A stretch of DNA of 53,463 nt from Gemmatimonadota bacterium (GTDB lineage: Bacteria > Gemmatimonadota > Gemmatimonadetes > Palauibacterales > KS3-K002), in the NCBI GenBank assembly GCA_039586795.1, contig JBDHJS010000024.1:1-53463 (forward strand), written 5' to 3'. Below the pieces are notes generated by a model. The model was not told the DNA's origin, searched no databases, and saw only the letters and a program-made list of their open reading frames with translations. Below, in pieces: positions 29,499 through 36,529 of the stretch. A program made the position numbers and the translations under genes. The stretch's first letter is position 1. Each line of letters opens with the position of its first letter.

Positions 29499-30979
29499 CT
29501 AGGCTAACCGGTCTACTGCTGCTGGTGGGGGCGTTTCTGGGATGTGGGGGCGGGGAGGTCGAGCGGCCCAATGTTCTGTTCATTGCGGTGGATGATCTGA
29601 ACGACTGGATCGAGCCGCTTGGGGGACACCCGCAGGCGCGCACGCCGAACTTGAATCTTCTCGCCGAGGAAGGGGTCACGTTCACGAGGGCCTATACGGC
29701 GTCGCCGGGATGCAATCCGTCGCGGACGGCGCTGCTCACCGGGAGGCACACCTACAGCACCGGGATGTACTCGAATTACCAGTACTGGCGTGAGGTGCTG
29801 CCGAACGCCGTGACGCTACCGCAGTACTTCTCGCAGCACGGCTACTGGGCGGGTGGCGCGGGGAAGATCTTCCACAACGACCAGCCGGACCCGGATTCTT
29901 GGGACGAGTATTTCCCGTCCCGGGATAAGCACATGCCGGACTACTACTATCCGAATCGCGGGTCCACGGTGAACATGCCGAAGTTCGAGAGCATGTACGG
30001 CGACTTCGATTGGTCGCCCATCGACGTCCCTTTTGAGGAGACCGGCGACTACAGGTCGGTTCAGTGGGTGATCCAGCAGCTCCAGCGCGAACACGACAGG
30101 CCGTTCTTCCTCGCCGCAGGAATCTACCGCCCCCACCTGCCGTGGTACGTGCCCCAGGAGTACTACGACATGTTTCCTCTGGAGTCAGTTGAGCTGCCCA
30201 GAGTCCTGGAGAACGATCTGGACGACATCGGGGAGCGCGGCCGGGATATCGCGTATCGCGCGGGCAACTACCACAGTCACGTTGTAGAGGCGGGCCAGTG
30301 GCGTAACGCGGTTCAGGGCTACCTGGCATCGATCGCTTACGCCGATGCGCTCGTTGGCAGACTGCTGGGTGCCCTCGCCGCCAGCCCCTACGCCGACAAC
30401 ACGATCGTTGTCCTGTGGTCCGACCACGGTTGGCAACTGGGTGAGAAGGAACACTGGCGGAAGTTCGCGTTGTGGGAGAACGTGGCGCGCGTCGTTCTGA
30501 TGGTTCAGGTCCCGCAGGGTATCACCGGACTACCGGATGGCTCGGTCGCTGGCGCACGGTCGGATCGGGTGACGTCGTTGCTCGACATCTTTCCTACGCT
30601 CCTCGATTTGGCAAGCCTGCCCGCGCCAGAATACCTCGACGGGCGCAGTCTGGTGCCACTGCTTGTCGACCCCGACGCCGAGTGGGATTACGCAGCTATC
30701 ACGACGTACGACTACTCTGAGTATTCCGTGCGCACCGAGCGCTACCGCTACATCCACTACATCGACGGCAGCGAGGAGCTGTACGACCACGGGGTCGATC
30801 CGGAAGAGTGGAACAACCTTGCCGGCGATCCCAGCTACGACGAGATCAGAGCGAAACTAGCCAGTCTTATCCCCGCCGATCCCGCTCCGCTAGTCGAAAC
30901 ATCGTACAGGCTTTCGCCGCACCATGTGCCGCCCTTCAGGAGCTTGGAGCACTACCTCGAGTGGAAGGCGAGACGCTAA
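29468..30979 (+). CDS. Formylglycine-dependent sulfatase (iduronate/choline sulfatase-like), probable lipoprotein
   Basis: Lipobox FLGC, PNVLFIAVDD, CNPSR (CxPxR), GKIFH, RPHLP, SDHG; start ATG 29468. Confidence 0.93.
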   Translation: MITSTSRSRRTRLTGLLLLVGAFLGCGGGEVERPNVLFIAVDDLNDWIEPLGGHPQARTPNLNLLAEEGVTFTRAYTASPGCNPSRTALLTGRHTYSTGMYSNYQYWREVLPNAVTLPQYFSQHGYWAGGAGKIFHNDQPDPDSWDEYFPSRDKHMPDYYYPNRGSTVNMPKFESMYGDFDWSPIDVPFEETGDYRSVQWVIQQLQREHDRPFFLAAGIYRPHLPWYVPQEYYDMFPLESVELPRVLENDLDDIGERGRDIAYRAGNYHSHVVEAGQWRNAVQGYLASIAYADALVGRLLGALAASPYADNTIVVLWSDHGWQLGEKEHWRKFALWENVARVVLMVQVPQGITGLPDGSVAGARSDRVTSLLDIFPTLLDLASLPAPEYLDGRSLVPLLVDPDAEWDYAAITTYDYSEYSVRTERYRYIHYIDGSEELYDHGVDPEEWNNLAGDPSYDEIRAKLASLIPADPAPLVETSYRLSPHHVPPFRSLEHYLEWKARR

Positions 30980-31030
30980 CTGAGGCGACCCTGTTGAGCT
31001 GGGCCGCATGAATCGTTATGGATAGGCGAC

Positions 31031-31127
31031 GGGGGCGGATCGGGCCTGGTGGCTCGAGCGGTCTTCAAAACCGTCTAGGCTGGGCGATCCCTGGCTTGGT
31101 GGGTTCGATTCCCACACGCTCCCGCCA
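31031..31127 (+). tRNA. selC: tRNA-Sec (anticodon TCA)
   Basis: 97 nt; 6-bp D stem with TGGT loop; anticodon TCA at 31065-67; long variable arm; T arm gtggg-ttcgatt-cccac; G discriminator + CCA. Confidence 0.96.
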
Positions 31128-31252
31128 CCAACCCGCACTGGTCCAACTACCCACTCGACTTCATATTGTTATTCTTACCCTGGCTGTTTGGCCCTGAACA
31201 GCGTCGGTAGAGTCACAATCACAATCGTGTCGGAGAGGACAATCGCGCACCG

Positions 31253-32587
31253 ATGGCCAACGCCGATCATCGCGATCTCTTGAGGGAAGGAACCGAGGCT
31301 TGGAACGCCTGGCGGGTTGAGAATCCGCAGATCGTCCCCGACCTCTGCGAGATCGAGCTACCCAACGCCGATCTCGCCGGGGCGAACCTCAGCCGCGCAT
31401 TGCTCATCGACAGCAACCTGAGCGGCGCTGGCCTCCAGCGGGCGAAGCTGGAGCGCGCGATTCTCGGAGCGGCGGACCTCAGCAGGGCCAACCTGAGTGG
31501 CGCCGGGTTGACCGGCGCGGAGTTGAACGGTGCGTTGCTCGAGGATGCCGATCTCACGGGTGCGATGCTGGATCACGCGACGCTGGCCGGCGCCGTCTTG
31601 CATCGCGCCAGGCTCGTCTCGACGAGCATGCTGCGGGCGTCCTTCAAACAGGCGCACCTGCGGAACGCCGACCTGCGCGGGACATCGCACAACAAGACAG
31701 ACTTCACCGGCGCTGACCTCACAGAGGCCGACCTGAGCGACACATTCGCGGGCGGCGGTGCCTTCGCGAGAGCGAAGCTGAGCGGTGCGATACTGACCAG
31801 CACGGTGTTGAGCCAGTCGGACCTGACCGGCGCCGACCTGTCGAACGCCAACTTGAAGCGTGCCGACCTGACGGGCGCGAAGCTGGAAGGTGCTAACCTG
31901 AGCTGCAGCGACTTGAGCGGTGCGGATCTGAGCAAGACGCAACTGTCCGGCGCCGATCTCAGCGGCGCGCGGATCGTCAATTGCGCTGTCTTCGGGGTGT
32001 CGGCCTGGGGTGCGGAGCTCGAGGGCGCTGAGCAGAAGAACCTGCGGATAACCGATATGGGCGAGGCCGTCGTCTCGGTTGACGGCATCGAGTTGGCGCA
32101 GTTCACGCACCTCTTGCTGCAGAGCGGAACCCTGAGGGCGACGATAACGGACATCGCTTCGAAGGTCGTGCTGATACTCGGGCACTTTAGAGAGCACCGC
32201 GAACCGATTCTCGAGGCGATGCGCAATTCACTTAGAGAGTCAGGCTACTCACCGATCTTGTTCGACAGCGAGCCTCGACGCGGCCGCGAGATCATCGAGA
32301 CCATGGGGACGTTGGCTCGTATGGCCCGCTTCGTCATCGCCGACTTCACCGAGGCGACCAGCGTGGCGCACGAGCTGCGGTCGATCGTCCCCGACCTCCC
32401 GCATATTCCCGTACAGCCTCTACTGATTGCCAATGTGGTGGAAGAGAAGACCATCGACCAGTTGAGACACCACGGGTCGGTGCTTGCGATCTATCGCTAC
32501 GAGAATGCCGAGACGTTGATCGATGTGCTGCACGATCGCGTGATTGTTCCCTCGGAAGCTCTGGCGCGCCAGCTGACTTCACTGTGA
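31253..32587 (+). CDS. Pentapeptide-repeat protein with C-terminal TIR/NDT-like alpha/beta domain
   Basis: WNAWR cap, long A(D/N)LxX repeats, then KVVLILGHF...FVIADFTEATSVAHEL. Confidence 0.88.
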   Translation: MANADHRDLLREGTEAWNAWRVENPQIVPDLCEIELPNADLAGANLSRALLIDSNLSGAGLQRAKLERAILGAADLSRANLSGAGLTGAELNGALLEDADLTGAMLDHATLAGAVLHRARLVSTSMLRASFKQAHLRNADLRGTSHNKTDFTGADLTEADLSDTFAGGGAFARAKLSGAILTSTVLSQSDLTGADLSNANLKRADLTGAKLEGANLSCSDLSGADLSKTQLSGADLSGARIVNCAVFGVSAWGAELEGAEQKNLRITDMGEAVVSVDGIELAQFTHLLLQSGTLRATITDIASKVVLILGHFREHREPILEAMRNSLRESGYSPILFDSEPRRGREIIETMGTLARMARFVIADFTEATSVAHELRSIVPDLPHIPVQPLLIANVVEEKTIDQLRHHGSVLAIYRYENAETLIDVLHDRVIVPSEALARQLTSL

Positions 32588-33498
32588 TTCCGCACCAGCG
32601 CAAAGGTTACGGGCAAGAGACACCGCTGGTTGTCATCTTCAATAAACGCGCATTGGCGGCGCGCGCCCTCCGACGCGGCGGCCTCGAGCAGGCGCTACGG
32701 GAACGCTCGCTGACCTACCACATCGTCGAGGCGGAATCCCCCACCGAGGCGCACGCCGCCGCAAGGCGTGCGGCGGAGTCCGGCTACGTTGTGGTTGCCG
32801 CCGGCGGCGACGGAACCGTCAGGGAGGTCGCCGCCGGCGTGCTCGACTCTGGTTTGGAGAACGCCGTTCTCGCCCACTTGCCCCTCGGTACCGGCAACGA
32901 CTTTGCCAGGGCGATCGGCCGCGTCGGCTGGGGTCTCGAGCAGGCGCTTGATGCTCTCGTGGAGATGAACGTTCGCCGGATCGACGTGATCCGTGTTAAC
33001 CGCAGCGAGTATTGCCTGAACGCCCTGGGTATCGGATTCGACGCGGCGGTGACCAAACGCCGCTCCAAGCATAGGCTCCAGCTCCCGACTTACTTCCCGG
33101 AAACGATACTCACCATGTTCGACTACAAGCCGCAGAGTTACCACATCTCGTGGCCCGATGGCGAGTTGGTGGGTGATGCGCTGATGATCGCCGCGATGAA
33201 TGGGAACTGCGAGGGCGGAGGAGTGCGTTTGGCGCCCGAGGCCAGCATCGAGGATGGCCTTCTCGAGGTCTACTGGATCAAGCCGATCAGCCTCTGGAAG
33301 TTCGCGCGCTACGTGTGGGCGGTGCGCTGGGGGCGCCACGGGAAGCTGCCGATGGTTCGGTATTGGCGAACCGACCGGCTATCGATTAGCTCGGAAACCT
33401 GCCTGCAGTATCACATGGATGGCGAATACCGGGAGATGACGGGCGGCGGTACGCTCGAGATCGAAGTCCTGGCTAACCGCCTGCCGATCGTCGTCTAG
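32584..33498 (+). CDS. Diacylglycerol/lipid kinase family (YegS/DagK-like)
   Basis: AAGGDGT, LPLGTGNDFA, GIGFDA, DGLLEV, HMDGE. Confidence 0.92.
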   Translation: MIPHQRKGYGQETPLVVIFNKRALAARALRRGGLEQALRERSLTYHIVEAESPTEAHAAARRAAESGYVVVAAGGDGTVREVAAGVLDSGLENAVLAHLPLGTGNDFARAIGRVGWGLEQALDALVEMNVRRIDVIRVNRSEYCLNALGIGFDAAVTKRRSKHRLQLPTYFPETILTMFDYKPQSYHISWPDGELVGDALMIAAMNGNCEGGGVRLAPEASIEDGLLEVYWIKPISLWKFARYVWAVRWGRHGKLPMVRYWRTDRLSISSETCLQYHMDGEYREMTGGGTLEIEVLANRLPIVV

Positions 33499-34526
33499 GG
33501 CGTGGATCGCCGGATTGCCAGCACCTCTTGCACAGCGTCCAGTACTTCCTCTACCGATGCGTCGGGATAGCGCTCGATCGTTCCGCCGTCTTCAGATCGA
33601 GGCGTTTCGCTTTCGCGTCGTACCACCCTGTAAGGGCCCCATCTGGAATAGGGAAACCAGACATCGTCTTCCGTCGGGCCCAGCACTCCCACTGTCGGCA
33701 CCCGCAAGGCGACGGCGCAGTGGAGAACCCCTCCGTCGTTTCCTACGTATAACGTGCCTCGAGCCAGCAGCGGCAGCAGGTCCTCGAGGGGAAGCACCGG
33801 CAGGGCCCGCACATCACCCGTGGACGCCTCGGCGATCGCTGCCGTCTGGGTCTCGAAGCCTGGCTGGGTGATCAGGCGCATGGGTGCGCTGCCGAGTGAC
33901 TCCTGAAGACCGGCGATCAATCTCGGCCATCGCTCTGTTGGCCAGGCTCGCTCGGGTCGGGTGGCGCCGAGATGCAGAAGGACCAGTGGTGCACCGACTT
34001 CCAGATTGTATTGGCGTGCGGCCGACTCGATTTGGGTGACAGGCACATGGATCGATGGGGGCCGCTCATCGACCCATCCGATCGCCGGGGTGAGCGAATC
34101 CAGATAATGTCGGACGGCCGAGCGGACGCCGTGACCGTGAGGCACGCGATGCTCCAGCAGCCGTGATCGAAAGCCGCGATCGGGTCCGGATGAATGTCGG
34201 GGTCTGATGAGGCTCACGAGCATCAGGCTGCGCGGGTTGGCCAGCGTATCGAAGCACCAATCGATCCGCGGTGTCCTCAGCTGACCCGCTCGCACTATGG
34301 ACTCGCGAAGACCTGCCTTGGGTGTCAGGGTGTGCGTGGCGTCCAAAGCGGGATGATCCCTCACGGCAGGTGCGAAGCTGGAGTACGTCAGGTATTCGAT
34401 ACGGGTTTGCGGCAGAGCTTCGCGCAACGCCTCGAGCATCGGTGTGGTCATCACCACGTCGCCCAGCCAGCGAAGGCGCATCACCAGCACGCGTTGGATA
34501 TCGGAGATCCTGCCGCTATCGGACAT
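33495..34526 (-). CDS. Glycosyltransferase family 9 (LPS heptosyltransferase-like)
   Basis: RLRWLGDVVMTTP, HLGATRPERAWP, VGNDGGVLHCAVAL..PTV..GPT; start ATG 34526. Confidence 0.9.
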   Translation of the reverse strand: MSDSGRISDIQRVLVMRLRWLGDVVMTTPMLEALREALPQTRIEYLTYSSFAPAVRDHPALDATHTLTPKAGLRESIVRAGQLRTPRIDWCFDTLANPRSLMLVSLIRPRHSSGPDRGFRSRLLEHRVPHGHGVRSAVRHYLDSLTPAIGWVDERPPSIHVPVTQIESAARQYNLEVGAPLVLLHLGATRPERAWPTERWPRLIAGLQESLGSAPMRLITQPGFETQTAAIAEASTGDVRALPVLPLEDLLPLLARGTLYVGNDGGVLHCAVALRVPTVGVLGPTEDDVWFPYSRWGPYRVVRRESETPRSEDGGTIERYPDASVEEVLDAVQEVLAIRRSTP

Positions 34527-34668
34527 CAGCCTCTGGCTCGACACGTTTGTCCCGGGTACCGCTTCTGAGTCGAACACAGGAAACGTTGAAGAGACAAGCG
34601 GGTATACCTGTGCGAAACCAGGCCCCCGACCTTTCGCACGTGAAGGCGATTCTGCATACTCTCAGGCA

Positions 34669-35181
34669 ATGATCCTTTTCCGCCCGCATCTCCGTCATCG
34701 CTGCTTGTTGTTTGCGTGCCTGCTGCTCGCCGCGCCGGTGCCGGCAACAGCTCAAGAAGAGGAACAGCAGCCTCAGGCCGCGCAGGTGTTGCCCCCCGAC
34801 TCCGTATTCAGGCAGCCGCCGCCGCTATCGCCCGGCGGGGCTTTTCTGCGGTCGCTTGTCATACCGGGCTGGGCGCAATCCGAGCTCGGGGCGCGGACGC
34901 GCGGCGCGTTCTATTTCCTGGTCGAGGCGTTCTCAATTCTCATGATCGCCCGCAGTCAGATCCGCCTGGATCATGCGCGGAGCGCCCAGCCGTGGGACGA
35001 AGGACTGATCGAATCGCGCGAGCAACAACGGGAAGACTGGATAGCCATTGCCGTGTTTACAGCGTTCTTCTCAGGGGCCGACGGCTTTGTGTCGGTCCAC
35101 CTTTGGGGGTTTGAGGACGTCACATCGATCGGGCCCGACGTTTCGGCGGCGGTGTCGTTCAGTATTCCGTTCGCGCCGTAG
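34669..35181 (+). CDS. Hypothetical exported/membrane protein (DUF5683-like)
   Basis: Signal peptide; AFLRSLVIPGWAQ motif; hydrophobic segments. Confidence 0.65.
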   Translation: MILFRPHLRHRCLLFACLLLAAPVPATAQEEEQQPQAAQVLPPDSVFRQPPPLSPGGAFLRSLVIPGWAQSELGARTRGAFYFLVEAFSILMIARSQIRLDHARSAQPWDEGLIESREQQREDWIAIAVFTAFFSGADGFVSVHLWGFEDVTSIGPDVSAAVSFSIPFAP

Positions 35182-35200
35182 GCCGTGGACGTTTGACGGC

Positions 35201-35932
35201 CTACCCCTCCCACTCCTCCTGTCGTATCTCCTCCTCCGTCACCACCGTGAACGTGCTGTGCTCTACCCAGTCCCCCGAGTTCACGTAATAGCCGTGCGTC
35301 CCGATCGCTGTCACCTGCGGCTGATGGCAATGCCCGAAGATCACCAGGTCGAGGTCGTCGCGTGACTCGAGCAAGTCCGCGGCGAACTTCTCGAGAACCT
35401 GTCCCCGTTCCCGAGATTTCTTGAACTGTACCTCGTCTCGGACCCCGGTGCGGGTGATCCGGCCTACGATGCGATCGGCCAGGTCGGGATGGATCAGGCG
35501 CATCATGTAGCACACCGGCCCACAGCGGAGCGTTCGTTTCAAAGCTTTGTATCCGTGATCGCCGGGCCCAATCCCATCGCCATGCGCGATGAAGGCACGG
35601 CGACCGCCCAGCTCCATCTCGAACGGGCCATCCTCCAGGCGCATGCCCAGTTCGTCTTCCAGGAAGGGGCCACCCCAGGCATCGTGGTTCCCACCGACCA
35701 GCACCAGCTTGACCCCTGAATCCCGCAGCTCGGCAAGGGCTCTCAGGGTCTGGAAATGCTGGCTCTGAATCACCGTTCGGTACTCGAACCAGAAATCGAA
35801 CAGGTCGCCGTTGATCAGCAGAGTGTCGGCGCGACCGTGCCAGTGCCTCAGGAAGCGGATGAAACGGTCTCGCACGGCGTCAGGTACGGCGCCCAGATGT
35901 AGGTCGGATACGATCAGAGCGGGCTTCGACAT
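35201..35932 (-). CDS. lpxH: UDP-2,3-diacylglucosamine hydrolase (LpxH-like metallophosphoesterase)
   Basis: SDLHLG, GDLFDFWFE, GNHD, HGD, GHCH, NSGDW; start ATG 35932. Confidence 0.88.
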   Translation of the reverse strand: MSKPALIVSDLHLGAVPDAVRDRFIRFLRHWHGRADTLLINGDLFDFWFEYRTVIQSQHFQTLRALAELRDSGVKLVLVGGNHDAWGGPFLEDELGMRLEDGPFEMELGGRRAFIAHGDGIGPGDHGYKALKRTLRCGPVCYMMRLIHPDLADRIVGRITRTGVRDEVQFKKSRERGQVLEKFAADLLESRDDLDLVIFGHCHQPQVTAIGTHGYYVNSGDWVEHSTFTVVTEEEIRQEEWEG

Positions 35933-35942
35933 GGCTGGCGGG

Positions 35943-35970
35943 ATTATAGACGCCTGACGGTAAGACACAA
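35943..35970 (-). promoter_or_regulatory. Candidate sigma70 promoter for lpxH
   Basis: TTGTGT-16nt-TATAAT, 10 nt before the ATG. Confidence 0.55.
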
Positions 35971-35986
35971 GCGGTGGGGCTGGATT

Positions 35987-36015
35987 TTGACCGGGCCGCC
36001 TCCAGGCCCTAATCT
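35987..36015 (+). promoter_or_regulatory. Candidate sigma70 promoter for thioesterase-Omp85 unit
   Basis: TTGACC-17nt-TAATCT. Confidence 0.6.
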
Positions 36016-36071
36016 ATTGGACCAGAGGCGCGGCGTAGCCCGCTGATTCAGTTGGCGGCGAGGAGGAGGAG

Positions 36072-36482
36072 CTGGAGAGCACGATCGAGTTCCGGGTCCG
36101 TTATGCCGAGACCGACCAGATGGGGGTGGTTTACCACGCAAACTACCTGGTCTGGTGCGAGATGGGCCGAACGGACCTGATGCGGCAACTCGGCACGACA
36201 TACGCTGAGATGGAGCGCCGTGGCGTCTACCTGGCAGTCTCCGAAGTTCGAATCCGCTTTCGGGGTTCGGCGGGCTATGACGATGGCGTGCGCGTTCGCA
36301 CCGTGCTCAAGAAAGTACGCAGCCGAGGCGTATCGTTCTCCTACGTCGTTGAAGACAGCGAGTCCGGTCGCTCCCTGGCGTCGGCTGAGACGGACCTGGT
36401 GTGTGTCGACGGCGATGGTTCGACCCGCAAGTTGCCCGAGGATGTTCGGGCGCTATTGGTGAAAGCCGTCACCGGGTCATGA
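36072..36482 (+). CDS. Acyl-CoA thioesterase (YbgC/4HBT hotdog family), probable CTG start
   Basis: FRVRYAETDQMGVVYHANYL; the conserved motif extends upstream of ATG 36120; CTG at 36072 follows AGGAGG. Confidence 0.88.
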   Translation: MESTIEFRVRYAETDQMGVVYHANYLVWCEMGRTDLMRQLGTTYAEMERRGVYLAVSEVRIRFRGSAGYDDGVRVRTVLKKVRSRGVSFSYVVEDSESGRSLASAETDLVCVDGDGSTRKLPEDVRALLVKAVTGS

Positions 36483-36529
36483 TAGAATTGAAACATCAGG
36501 ACGTGATTCGGGGTTCAACAAAAGTAGCC

